Made by a program: the position numbers and the translations under genes
Shown here: piece by piece, positions 15,983-25,184 of the stretch
Layout of the letters: each line of letters opens with the position of its first letter
Numbering within the stretch: position 1 is the first letter of the stretch
The notes under the pieces: model-generated
Databases searched by the model: none
Seen by the model: the letters and a program-made list of their open reading frames with translations, nothing else
What the model was told of the DNA's origin: nothing
DNA from: a virus
Taxonomy: Duplodnaviria > Caudoviricetes
Direction: 5' to 3' (one strand)
Virus record (IMG/VR): IMGVR_UViG_3300024309_000089
Coordinates: 1 to 38,575 of that record
DNA: 38,575 nt

Positions 15983-16013
15983 GCCCCGGACAGAGAAATC
16001 GCCGGGGCTTTTT
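15983..16013 (+). terminator. tR'-like terminator
   Basis: GCCCCGG...CCGGGGC-TTTTT. Confidence 0.8.
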
Positions 16014-16031
16014 GCTTTGGATCGGGAAGCC

Positions 16032-16412
16032 ATGTCGGACCACATCAATGTCTCGTACGAGCACTCACCGTCGCAGTTCGGTACCAGAGCAGAAGTCCGC
16101 TTTGAAGGCGTGCTGACCGAGGATGAGGTGAAGACCGCTATTTCCGACTTCATCGAGAGGAAGGAAACGGGTTCTCTGATGAGTCAGCACCCGTTGTACC
16201 AAGTGGCGAATACCGTAGAGCGTGAGCTCGAATGGATTTATGACCAGCAGATGAAGTTGGCTAAAGTGGATCTGAAGGTGACTGTCGAACCGCGCTTTCA
16301 GATGCCGGATTCGGCAACGCCCGACTCAGGGGATGAAGTGATCCGAGCCGTTGTTGAAGACATCCGTCAGAATGGCGAAGTAGCTCAGGCCATCAAGAAG
16401 ACGGTCGGCTGA
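16032..16412 (+). CDS. Hypothetical protein
   Basis: ORF track, restarted at ATG 16032. Confidence 0.6.
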   Translation: MSDHINVSYEHSPSQFGTRAEVRFEGVLTEDEVKTAISDFIERKETGSLMSQHPLYQVANTVERELEWIYDQQMKLAKVDLKVTVEPRFQMPDSATPDSGDEVIRAVVEDIRQNGEVAQAIKKTVG

Positions 16413-16413
16413 G

Positions 16414-16737
16414 ATGACTGAACCCCGGGAGCAGATCCTTCAGATTGAAGGGCGGGAGATAGTTGTTCTGTCGTATCAGGGGTCGGTCAGTGAAGAGCAG
16501 GCACATGCGCTGAAGAAGCAATGGTCTGAGGCAGGTATGCCGGGCGAGCTGATTGTGTTGTGTGAGGGTGCCACGCTCAGCGTGTTGGGCCGGGACGAGA
16601 AGCTGGACCGCATAGAAGCCAAGCTCGACGCCCTGCTAGAAGCCTTGGCAGATGAAGGCGAAGAGATGGAACAGCCCGAACTCACGCTAGATGGCGAGGC
16701 AGTAGGCGGCGAGCGGGACGATACCCAGCCGCTATGA
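16414..16737 (+). CDS. Hypothetical protein
   Basis: LLEALADE...LTLDG C-terminal motif, common before HNH/terminase genes. Confidence 0.65.
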   Translation: MTEPREQILQIEGREIVVLSYQGSVSEEQAHALKKQWSEAGMPGELIVLCEGATLSVLGRDEKLDRIEAKLDALLEALADEGEEMEQPELTLDGEAVGGERDDTQPL

Positions 16738-16928
16738 CTTGGCCATTCCGGAAGCAGCCGGTAGTAGCTGGCTCCTTGTGGGTTAGCAAGATGACCGGGT
16801 CCCAGAAGGAAGTGGTAGAGGTGAAGGACGGACAGGTGCGGTACCGCTTGGTCTCCAAGTCGGCAATCCCTCAGCCGTCCGAGGTTGCATCAGTGGGCCA
16901 GTTTCGTAGTTGGCATAAGCCGCTATGA
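16734..16928 (+). CDS. Hypothetical protein
   Basis: ATGA overlaps on both sides. Confidence 0.5.
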   Translation: MTWPFRKQPVVAGSLWVSKMTGSQKEVVEVKDGQVRYRLVSKSAIPQPSEVASVGQFRSWHKPL

Positions 16929-17215
16929 GATACGGGCAGGGAAGAGGCGGTAGACCTTGGCGCCGTCTGCGAGATCAGATCATGGCCCGCGATGGGTACA
17001 TGTGTCAGTGCGAGAACTGCAAGGGCGTGAAGCTCATCGCACACGAGGTCGATCACATCAGCAACAAGAGGGATGCAGCGGGCAATCTGAACGATGATCC
17101 ATCCAACCTCCGGGCGATGAACCGTGATTGTCATGCGGAAAAGACCAAGCGTGAGGCGAACGGTGGTTACAAGCCGCGTGTCGCGGTAGGGATAGACGGT
17201 TGGCCAGTCCGGTGA
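16925..17215 (+). CDS. Terminase-associated HNH endonuclease (HK97 gp74-like)
   Basis: WRRLR...RDGYMCQC, EVDHI, NL...CH..KT, DGWP motifs. Confidence 0.9.
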   Translation: MRYGQGRGGRPWRRLRDQIMARDGYMCQCENCKGVKLIAHEVDHISNKRDAAGNLNDDPSNLRAMNRDCHAEKTKREANGGYKPRVAVGIDGWPVR

Positions 17216-17396
17216 AGTTGTCCACAGGGTGGTGCTCGGTGTCGCATTTTCACAACAGCGACCGACTTGTCCACTTTGTAACATCGAAGTTATCCACAGG
17301 GGTGGGGCGAAAGTTTAGGGCCTTAGCCTTGGACACCGGCCGCTCCCCTCTTTTTTCATAAACGTCCAGAAAAAACGGGACACAGTAAGGATTGAA
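17215..17396. other. Probable cos/packaging region
   Basis: Non-coding gap between HNH and terS; G-rich GGGGTGGGGCGAAAGTT at about 17299-17315; repeated 9-mers. Confidence 0.55.
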
Positions 17397-17843
17397 ATGG
17401 GCACTCGGGGCCGTAAGTCGACGTCAGAGATGACCGTCGCGGCCCAAGTTGCGCCCGTGTTCAGCACGGACCGACTGCAAGCGCCGGTGCATATGACCGA
17501 TGCGGAAAGGTCGGTGTGGCTGGAGGTGGTCAATGACCAACCGGCCAATGCATTCACCCCGACGCACTCGCCATTGCTGGAGCAATATTGCCGGCATGTG
17601 GTGCAGGCCCGGTTAGTTGCCGACGAGATCATGAGCTTTGACCGCGCATGGTTGGCCGACGATGATGGCCTGAAGCGATACGACCGCCTGCTGGGGATGC
17701 AGGAGCGAGAAGGCCGGGCGGCTTCGTCCTTGGCTACGCGCCTGCGCATCACGCGGCAGGCTACGGCTGACCCGAAGACGGTCGGTCGTGCCAATGGCAA
17801 GCAAGGCAAGGCAAGGAAGCCGTGGGAACTGGTCGAAGACTGA
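17397..17843 (+). CDS. terS: Terminase small subunit
   Basis: MGTRGRKS, LLEQYC, LATRLRIT motifs; position. Confidence 0.85.
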   Translation: MGTRGRKSTSEMTVAAQVAPVFSTDRLQAPVHMTDAERSVWLEVVNDQPANAFTPTHSPLLEQYCRHVVQARLVADEIMSFDRAWLADDDGLKRYDRLLGMQEREGRAASSLATRLRITRQATADPKTVGRANGKQGKARKPWELVED

Positions 17844-19348
17844 GCCGCGGCGAGAGGAATATTGCCTGGATCGAAGCCACGTGCCGAATCCCTGAAGGCA
17901 GGTTCGTCGGTAAGGCGGTCAAGCTGACCAAGGCGCAGAAGGGCTGGATTCGAGCGATCTACGACACGCCGACGCGGATGTTCATCCTGTCGATGGCGCG
18001 TAAGAACGCGAAGACCGCGACGGCGGCGTTCCTACTGCTGCTGCACACGTGCGGCCCGGAGGCGCGGCCCAATAGCCAGCTGTACAGCGCGGCGCAGTCG
18101 AGGGAACAGGCGGCGATCCTGTTCGCCCTAGCTGCGAAGGTGGTGCGTATGTCGCCTCAGCTGAGCGAGTACGTGGTGATCCGGGATACGGCGAAGCAGT
18201 TGTTTTGCCCCGAACTCGGCACGCTGTACCGGGCTCTGTCGGCTGAAGCCAGCACCGCATACGGCCTGTCGCCGGTGTTCACGGTGCATGACGAGCTGGG
18301 CCAGGTGAAAGGTCCAAGGTCGGAGCTGTACGAGGCGCTGGAAACTGCCTCGGCTGCCCAGGAGGCGCCGCTGTCGATCATCATCAGCACACAGGCGCCC
18401 ACCGATGCGGACCTGCTGAGCTTATTGATTGACGATGCGCGTACTGGGGCGGAGCCTCGCAACAAGGTGGTGCTGCATAGCGCGCCGCTCGATGCGGATC
18501 CATTCAGCGAGGAAACGATCCGGCTGGCGAACCCGCATTACGACGAGTTCATGAACAAAGAAGAGGTACGGCGCCAAGCGGCGGATGCCAAGCGCATGCC
18601 GAGCCGTGAGGCTTCGTACCGAAACCTGATCCTGAACCAGCGGGTGGAGGCGAGCAATCCATTTATCTCGCGGACAGTTTGGGAGGAGAACGGCACGCCG
18701 CCCGAGAGTTTGGAGGGCAAGACCGTCTATGGCGGCCTGGATCTGTCCAGCGTCTCGGACCTGACTGCACTGGTCCTGGTGTCGGAAGATGGCGACGTCG
18801 AGTCGACTTTCTGGCTGCCTAGTGAAGGGCTGGCCGAGAAAGCCCGCAATGACCGGGTGCCATACGACGTCTGGGAAGACGAAGGTCTGTTGCAGACCAC
18901 GCCGGGCAGGGCAATCGAATATGAGTACATCGCGCATTACTTGCGGGATGTGTTTGACCGGTACGAGATAAGGGCGCTTGCCTTTGACCGCTACAACATG
19001 CGGTTTCTCAAGCCGTGGCTGGAGCGCGCCGGATTCACCGAAGAAGAACTCGAGCGCTTCGTGGAGTTCGGCCAGGGCTTCGTATCGATGAGCCCGGCTA
19101 TTCGGGAACTTGAAGCTCGGCTGCTGGCGAAGAAGCTTAGGCACGGAAAGCATCCGGTTCTGACGATGTGCGCGGCAAACGCGGTGGCGGTCTCTGACCC
19201 CGCTGGAAACCGGAAATTCACTAAATCGAAAACGTCCGGCCGGATAGACGGCATGGTGGCGCTCGCCATGGCGGTGGGTGTCATGCCGAACGAGACGGAG
19301 GACGACGGCGATTTTGCCGACTTTATCAGGGATCCCATCATCGTATGA
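17822..19348 (+). CDS. terL: Terminase large subunit
   Basis: Walker A-like ARKNAKT, VHDE, GGLDLS..DL, RIDGMVA. Confidence 0.95.
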   Translation: MGTGRRLSRGERNIAWIEATCRIPEGRFVGKAVKLTKAQKGWIRAIYDTPTRMFILSMARKNAKTATAAFLLLLHTCGPEARPNSQLYSAAQSREQAAILFALAAKVVRMSPQLSEYVVIRDTAKQLFCPELGTLYRALSAEASTAYGLSPVFTVHDELGQVKGPRSELYEALETASAAQEAPLSIIISTQAPTDADLLSLLIDDARTGAEPRNKVVLHSAPLDADPFSEETIRLANPHYDEFMNKEEVRRQAADAKRMPSREASYRNLILNQRVEASNPFISRTVWEENGTPPESLEGKTVYGGLDLSSVSDLTALVLVSEDGDVESTFWLPSEGLAEKARNDRVPYDVWEDEGLLQTTPGRAIEYEYIAHYLRDVFDRYEIRALAFDRYNMRFLKPWLERAGFTEEELERFVEFGQGFVSMSPAIRELEARLLAKKLRHGKHPVLTMCAANAVAVSDPAGNRKFTKSKTSGRIDGMVALAMAVGVMPNETEDDGDFADFIRDPIIV

Positions 19349-20580
19349 AAACCAAGGCAAAGCCCGGTCGATTCAAGGCCGCGCTCTTGAACTGGCTCGG
19401 GGTCTCCATCAGCCTGACCGATGAGGCGTTCTGGTCGCAGTTCGGAGTAACTGCGGCGGGGCAGCAGGTTAACGAGAAGTCCATTCTGCAGTTGTCGGCC
19501 GTCTGGGCGTGCGCGCGATTGGTGGCCGAGACCATCTCGACATTGCCGCTTGGCCTGTACGAGCGGACTTCGAACGGACGTGTGTCGGCCGAGCGCCACC
19601 CGCTATACACGCTGATCCATTCCCGGCCTAGTGCGGACACGACGGCGACGGTGTTCTGGGAGGCAAAGATCGTTTCCATGCTGCTGCGTGGGAACGGCTT
19701 CTCGGAGAAGAAGTACATCGGGAACCGCCTGGTAGCCCTGGAATTCCTGATTCCATCCCGGTTGGCGATCTCGAGCGATGCAAACGGCAACGCCCGGTAC
19801 CGGTACACGGAAAAGAACGGCAGGCAGCGGGAGATCCCGGCCAGTCGAATCTTCCGTATTCCGGGCTTCACGCTGGACGGCGATTGGGGACTGAGCGCTA
19901 TTGAGTACGGCGCCGGGGTATTCGGGTCGGCGCTGGCGGCGTCCACCGCGGCCAATAGCACCTTCGAGAAAGGTCTGGCACCCACGGTGGCTTTCACGGT
20001 GGACCGAGTTCTGAAGAAAGAGCAGCGCGAAGAGTTTAGAGAGACCGTTAAGAAAATTAGCGGAGCGCTTAACGCGGGCGAATCCCCCGTGCTTGAGGCC
20101 GGGATGGACGCCAAGGCGATCGGCATCAACCCGAACGACGCGCAGTTGCTGGAGTCGCGCAATTTCAGCGTGGAGGAAATCTGCCGCTGGTTCCGTGTCC
20201 CCCCGCACATGGTAGGGCACACATCCAACTCAACGAGTTGGGGAACAGGCATCGAGCAGCAGATGATCGGGTTCCTGACGTTCACGCTCCGTCCCTGGCT
20301 TACCCGTATTGAACAGGCCATCAACAAGGATCTGCTGTCGCCCGCAGACCAGCTTCGCTACTACGCTGAATTCAGCGTTGAAGGGCTGCTGCGGGCGGAC
20401 TCTGCCGGCCGTGCTGAGTACGAGTCGAAGATGGTGAACAACGGGATCATGACCCGCGATGAAGTGCGACGTCTGGAGAACCTGCCACCGATGGGTGGGA
20501 ACGCCGACGTCCTCACGGTGCAGACCGCCCTTGTCCCGATAGATCAACTGGGCAACGCCCAACCCGTCACCCAGGAGTAA
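19345..20580 (+). CDS. HK97-family portal protein
   Basis: SAVWAC, DAQLLE.R, ICRWFRVPP, EVRRLENLPP motifs. Confidence 0.95.
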   Translation: MKTKAKPGRFKAALLNWLGVSISLTDEAFWSQFGVTAAGQQVNEKSILQLSAVWACARLVAETISTLPLGLYERTSNGRVSAERHPLYTLIHSRPSADTTATVFWEAKIVSMLLRGNGFSEKKYIGNRLVALEFLIPSRLAISSDANGNARYRYTEKNGRQREIPASRIFRIPGFTLDGDWGLSAIEYGAGVFGSALAASTAANSTFEKGLAPTVAFTVDRVLKKEQREEFRETVKKISGALNAGESPVLEAGMDAKAIGINPNDAQLLESRNFSVEEICRWFRVPPHMVGHTSNSTSWGTGIEQQMIGFLTFTLRPWLTRIEQAINKDLLSPADQLRYYAEFSVEGLLRADSAGRAEYESKMVNNGIMTRDEVRRLENLPPMGGNADVLTVQTALVPIDQLGNAQPVTQE

Positions 20581-20586
20581 CCCCCC

Positions 20587-21453
20587 ATGCCCCGAAATCA
20601 CCTTCCGGCAGCACCGGAGGGGCGCCCCTGCGCGGGCGTCCGATACGACCTGTCGCCCAAGGCACTTGACCGCTGGAATCCAGGCATTAAGGCAGCGGCC
20701 GAGGAAGACAACACGATCAGCGTTTTCGACGTGATCGGTCAGGACTACTGGACTGGCGAGGGGGTGACGGCAAAGCGGATCTCCGCGGCGCTGCGGTCCA
20801 TGGATGGCAAGGACGTGACGGTGAATGTGAATTCGCCTGGCGGGGACATGTTCGAGGGCCTGGCTATCTACAACCTGCTGCGCCAGCACAAAGGCGAGGT
20901 GACGGTGCGCGTTCTCGGCGTCGCTGCGTCTGCGGCCTCGATTATCGCCATGGCCGGTGACCGGGTTGAGATCGCCCGGGCCGGCTTTCTCATGATCCAC
21001 AACTGCTGGGTTATGGCTATCGGCAACCGGCACGATTTCCGCGAAGTAGCCGACACGATGGAGCCATTTGACCAGGCCATGGCCGATATCTATGCGGCTC
21101 GCACTGGCGACACACTGGAGTCGATCCAGTCGTTGATGGACGCGGAATCGTGGATCGGCGGTGCCGACGCTGTATCGCAGGGCTTCGCAGACGCGCTGCT
21201 TGCGTCTGACGAGATCACACAAAGCGACCAAAAAGCCAACGCCGCGGCAGTGCGGCGAATGGAAGCCGCGTTGCGCTCATCGGGCATGCCCCGCAGCGAA
21301 GCGATGCGGCTTATCAGCGATTTCAAGACCAGCCTGCGCGATGCGGCTGGCGGCGGTGAGCGTGATGCCACCGAGCAGGGTCTGAGCGAATCGGCCCTTG
21401 TTGCAGCGGTGGGGCGCATGCCCCGAACGAAATTTCAAGTTCCCAACATCTAG
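20587..21453 (+). CDS. ClpP-like prohead protease
   Basis: NSPGGDMFEG, AASAAS, MIHN motifs. Confidence 0.93.
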   Translation: MPRNHLPAAPEGRPCAGVRYDLSPKALDRWNPGIKAAAEEDNTISVFDVIGQDYWTGEGVTAKRISAALRSMDGKDVTVNVNSPGGDMFEGLAIYNLLRQHKGEVTVRVLGVAASAASIIAMAGDRVEIARAGFLMIHNCWVMAIGNRHDFREVADTMEPFDQAMADIYAARTGDTLESIQSLMDAESWIGGADAVSQGFADALLASDEITQSDQKANAAAVRRMEAALRSSGMPRSEAMRLISDFKTSLRDAAGGGERDATEQGLSESALVAAVGRMPRTKFQVPNI

Positions 21454-21462
21454 GGGTGCCAA

Positions 21463-22668
21463 ATGAGCGCAATTGAGCAGGAATACAAACAGGTCCAAGC
21501 CGACCTGAAGCAAGTCGGTGATGATCTCAAGGCTTACGCCGAGCAATCCCAGAAGGAAATCAAGGCACACGCCAAGCTTTCCGAGGACACCAAGGCGTCG
21601 GTGGACAAGCTGCTGGTCCAGCAGGGCGAACTTCAGGCCCGCCTGCAAGCCGCGGAACAGCTCATCGTCAAGATGGAAAACGGCGGCGGCGACATGCGTC
21701 CGGTATCGATGGGCGAAGAGTTCATCAAGGCAGAAGGCTTCGAGTCGTTCGCGGCGAAAGCGTCTGGCGGCATGAAGGGCAGCTTCTCGGTGCCGGTTAA
21801 AGCGGCGATCACCAGCCTGGGCACGTCCGCGGGCGAGTTGATCCAGCCGACCCGGGTTGGCATGGTCATGCCGGTGCAGCAACGCCTGTTCATCCGTGAC
21901 CTGCTGTCCTGGGGTCGGACTGGCTCGAACAGCATCGAGTACGTGCGCGAAACCGGCTTCACCAACAACGCGGACGTTGTGTCGGAAAACCCGACCAACC
22001 CCAAGCCGGAATCGAACATCACGTTCGAGCTGGACACCGATCCGGTGGCGACCATCGCCCACTGGGTGCGCGCCTCGCGTCAGGTTCTGTCGGATGCTGC
22101 CATGCTCGCCAGCTACATCGACGGGCGCCTGCGCTACGGCCTGAAGCTGAAGGAGGAAGCGCAGTTGCTGAAGGGTTCCGGCGTCGGCCTGAACCTGAAC
22201 GGCATCTACACCCAGGCATCGGCCTACGCCAACCCCGGCGTAGCGGTCCAAGCGGAAACCGCGATCGACCGTCTGCGCCTGGCTCTGCTGCAAGTCACCC
22301 TGGCCGAGTTCGACGCTGACGGCATCGTTCTCAGTCCCATCGACTGGGCGGCTATCGAACTGACCAAGACCACGGACAACGCGTATCTGTTCGCCACGCC
22401 CAGCGGCTTGGCCACTCCGGGCCTGTGGGGTCGTCCTGTCGTTCCGACCAAGGCCATGACCGCGAGCGAGTTCCTGGTGGGTGCGTTCCAGCAAGGCGCC
22501 CAGGGCTGGGATCGCGAAGATGTGTCGGTGACGGTTTCGACCGAAGACCGGGACAACTTCGTGAAGAACATGGTCACGATCCTGTGCGAAGAGCGCGTTG
22601 GTCTGTCGGTCTACCGCCCCGAGTCGTTCGTCAAGGGCGATTTCGACGGTCTGCCGGCTTCGGCGTAA
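21463..22668 (+). CDS. HK97-fold major capsid protein
   Basis: Coiled-coil delta domain; KPES, IAHW, LWGRPVV, EERVGL motifs. Confidence 0.95.
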   Translation: MSAIEQEYKQVQADLKQVGDDLKAYAEQSQKEIKAHAKLSEDTKASVDKLLVQQGELQARLQAAEQLIVKMENGGGDMRPVSMGEEFIKAEGFESFAAKASGGMKGSFSVPVKAAITSLGTSAGELIQPTRVGMVMPVQQRLFIRDLLSWGRTGSNSIEYVRETGFTNNADVVSENPTNPKPESNITFELDTDPVATIAHWVRASRQVLSDAAMLASYIDGRLRYGLKLKEEAQLLKGSGVGLNLNGIYTQASAYANPGVAVQAETAIDRLRLALLQVTLAEFDADGIVLSPIDWAAIELTKTTDNAYLFATPSGLATPGLWGRPVVPTKAMTASEFLVGAFQQGAQGWDREDVSVTVSTEDRDNFVKNMVTILCEERVGLSVYRPESFVKGDFDGLPASA

Positions 22669-22671
22669 GGC

Positions 22672-22695
22672 GGCGGGGGCTTCGGCCCCTGCTTC
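22672..22695 (+). terminator. UUCG hairpin after the capsid gene (partial terminator or RNA stabiliser)
   Basis: GCGGGGGC-TTCG-GCCCCTGC with a weak U tract. Confidence 0.5.
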
Positions 22696-22711
22696 TCCAG
22701 GAGAAGGGAAA

Positions 22712-22966
22712 ATGGTAACGGTAACTGCTAAGCAGTCCTTCGACCACGGCGGCAAGCGCATGCCTGGTGAGCAGTTCGAAGTCAGTGATCAGCACGCCAA
22801 GCAATTGGCAGATAAAGGTCTGATCCATTCCACTGACGGTGACACCACTGACCCTCTAAAGGCCGCTGGCGAATCGTCGTCTGCATCGCAAGCGGCCCAA
22901 GCCTCACGGCAGACGACTGCGAAGCGGTCCGGGCGTGGCGGGCGGGGGCGAAAGACCGCGGAGTAA
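22712..22966 (+). CDS. Small capsid-adjacent protein (84 aa); 0-frame product of a probable frameshift gene
   Basis: Purine-rich SD; PGEQFEVS...AKQL..KGLI small head-accessory-like motif; Ser/Thr/Arg-rich tail. Confidence 0.75.
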   Translation: MVTVTAKQSFDHGGKRMPGEQFEVSDQHAKQLADKGLIHSTDGDTTDPLKAAGESSSASQAAQASRQTTAKRSGRGGRGRKTAE

Positions 22967-24342
22967 TCGTTACCAACACCACATTCCGACTCGCTCCATG
23001 GGCTGATGTGCTGTACGCCATGGATCGCGTCTGGTGGAAAGAGTACGGGGAAGAGGCATTGAGCAGCTTTTCCGGTGAGCTTTGGGCGCCGTTGACCGGA
23101 ATCCGGGGCGTTCGGAAAGCCTCTTTTGATTACGGTAAGAATTCCGGCTTGGGCGCCATTTCGTTGGCGGTGCACTGGGGCGCGCAGCGGATCATCTTGA
23201 TCGGCTACGACTGCCAGAAGACGGACGGGAAAGCCCATTGGCATGCCGACCATCCCAATGGGCTTGGCAACGCCGGCGCGGTAGCCAAGTGGCCGCAGCA
23301 GTTCTCGGACCTGGCCAAACGTCTCAGCGCTAAGGTTGTGAATGCCTCCAGGGTGACGGCGTTGGAATGCTTCCCCCGGGTCACCTTGTCTGAGGCCTTA
23401 GAGCAGCAGACGAAACCTCCGCTCTTCATTCAGGGTATGCACGGCCTGGGCGACAACTTGCACCAGAGATCTGTAGTCCGGCAGTTGAGCCGCGATCACG
23501 AAATCTGGCTGGAGACGCCCTGGCCCTGTCTATACCACGACATGCCAGGCGTAAATCTGGTCGGGAAGGGCTCGAAGCTGCGGACCCAGGCCAAGAATGC
23601 GGCGCGCGAGCGCGATCGGTTTACCGAAAGGCCGGTGCCGCGAAACGCAAAGCGGTTGGAAGTGAAGTATCCGCCGGAGGCTGTGCGTCGGCATGGATCG
23701 GTGTTAGCCGCCATGTCAAACCAGTGTGGTGTGGAGCCGGGAGAGTTCCGGTTACCAATTCTCGAAGCTTGGCGGGTCAGGGCGGATGATCTGGTTCGCC
23801 AATGGAGTCCCGATCGGCCGCTGATGATCTACCGCCCGCTGGTCGAGCGGACCGAGTGGGGCGGATGCCGGAATCGCAACCCGGCTCATGAAGCGTATGC
23901 CGACCTTTATAGGAGTGTCCGCGAGTCCTTCTTCGTCGTGAGCGTAGCGGACGTATCGCCCGGCAAGGAGTGGATCGTGGGCGAAAAGATAGATGCCGAC
24001 GTCGAGCTGCACGCCGGGGAGTTGGACATTGAGGTGCTTGCCGCGTTGGTTGCGCAGTCCGCCCTGGTATACACCGCGCCAGGGTTTGCAGTCATCCTGG
24101 CACAAGCGGTAGGGACGCCTTCGGTGGCAGTGTTCGGAGGATATGAGAACTCGCAGTCGTTCTCAGCCGGGGCATCGCAGGCGCCATACCTTGGGATTGA
24201 TCCCATAAAGCCGTGCAACTGTTTCAGCCATAGCCACAGGTGCGAAAAGCGCATCGACGTGGTGGGTGCCAAGCGCCGCCTTTTGGAGTTTGTGAATGCG
24301 CATTGTCCGCAACAGGGAATCAGTCCGGCTCTCGCCGCGTAG
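22852..24342 (+). CDS. Two-domain glycosyltransferase (DUF115/MptE/Maf-like plus GT9-like GT-B), probably reached by -1 frameshift from 22712
   Basis: Frame open from 22852: IASGPSL, NSG..AI.LA..GA..I.LIGYD, then HGLGD and AQAVGTPSVAVFGG; no start codon until 23008. Confidence 0.7.
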   Translation, partial: PSKGRWRIVVCIASGPSLTADDCEAVRAWRAGAKDRGVIVTNTTFRLAPWADVLYAMDRVWWKEYGEEALSSFSGELWAPLTGIRGVRKASFDYGKNSGLGAISLAVHWGAQRIILIGYDCQKTDGKAHWHADHPNGLGNAGAVAKWPQQFSDLAKRLSAKVVNASRVTALECFPRVTLSEALEQQTKPPLFIQGMHGLGDNLHQRSVVRQLSRDHEIWLETPWPCLYHDMPGVNLVGKGSKLRTQAKNAARERDRFTERPVPRNAKRLEVKYPPEAVRRHGSVLAAMSNQCGVEPGEFRLPILEAWRVRADDLVRQWSPDRPLMIYRPLVERTEWGGCRNRNPAHEAYADLYRSVRESFFVVSVADVSPGKEWIVGEKIDADVELHAGELDIEVLAALVAQSALVYTAPGFAVILAQAVGTPSVAVFGGYENSQSFSAGASQAPYLGIDPIKPCNCFSHSHRCEKRIDVVGAKRRLLEFVNAHCPQQGISPALAA

Positions 24343-24886
24343 TTACGAGGCCAAGGGTCTGCCTACGGAGTATTTCAACCCGGGAGAGCTGGATGTTTTG
24401 CTGAGCCTGATGGAATCCGTAAATGCCGAGGTCGTCATCGAGTTCGGCGTGAACAGCGGGCGCAACCCTGCGGCGGTATTCCGTAACCTGCCATCTGTGC
24501 GCCGCTATGTCGGCGTCGATGTGGCTCCGGGCTACCAAACACTCATGCCGGTCCAACGCCGGGAAGTGCTGCGCAACCCGGGGCACTTGGTCAAGGACGA
24601 TGCCCGGTTTGAGTTGCTTGTCCGGCCGAATGGCAGTTTCGATCTGGAGCCGAGCGACCTGCCACAGGCGGATGCAATCTTTATCGACGCGGACCACTCT
24701 CGCGCCGGCGTGCTGAATGACTACGCCCTGGCGCTGAAAGTGATTCGCCCTGGTGGAATCATCATTTTCCACGATGACAACTGTAGGCCGGTGGTGGAAG
24801 TGACGCAAACGCTCAACGAGCTTTGCGACAACGGCGCCGCTATCAAGCACGTGGAAGGAACCTGGATTTCCTATGAGCGTCATTGA
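24296..24886 (+). CDS. Class I SAM-dependent methyltransferase (Methyltransf_24-like)
   Basis: VIEFGVNSG, YVGVD, IFIDADHS, RPGGIIIFHD motifs. Confidence 0.88.
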   Translation: MRIVRNRESVRLSPRSYEAKGLPTEYFNPGELDVLLSLMESVNAEVVIEFGVNSGRNPAAVFRNLPSVRRYVGVDVAPGYQTLMPVQRREVLRNPGHLVKDDARFELLVRPNGSFDLEPSDLPQADAIFIDADHSRAGVLNDYALALKVIRPGGIIIFHDDNCRPVVEVTQTLNELCDNGAAIKHVEGTWISYERH

Positions 24887-25184
24887 CCTTGAGACCGCGA
24901 AGCAGTTTCTGGACGTCATCCATAGCGCGGATGACACCAAGCTACAGATGTTGCTGGATGGCGCTGAAAGAGAGGCGCTGGACTTCATGAACCGAGACGA
25001 GTTCGGCATGGAGGACTGCAGCAGCGAGTCGTCGAGTGAACCCGAGATGATGCCTGACAGTGTTCGCCTCGGCGTTCTGCTCCTGCTGCAGGCTGCCTAC
25101 CAGGCTACGCCCGACGATGCGGCGAAGCTGCGTGCCGCGGCTGAGGTCAAACTGATGCCGTACCGCTGTTACATGGGGGTGTGA
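24873..25184 (+). CDS. Head-tail connector (HK97 gp6-like)
   Basis: IDLETAKQFL...DD..L, VRLGVLLL, LMPYR motifs. Confidence 0.85.
   Translation: MSVIDLETAKQFLDVIHSADDTKLQMLLDGAEREALDFMNRDEFGMEDCSSESSSEPEMMPDSVRLGVLLLLQAAYQATPDDAAKLRAAAEVKLMPYRCYMGV

Noticed and set aside
18422-22761. Long minus-strand ORFs (312-494 aa) opposite terminase, portal, protease and capsid genes
   Set aside because: Shadow frames of GC-rich coding sequence with no recognisable motifs.
23008-23010. GTG 23008 as the true glycosyltransferase start
   Set aside because: It has no SD and would cut off the in-frame IASGPSL motif and about 50 conserved-looking residues.
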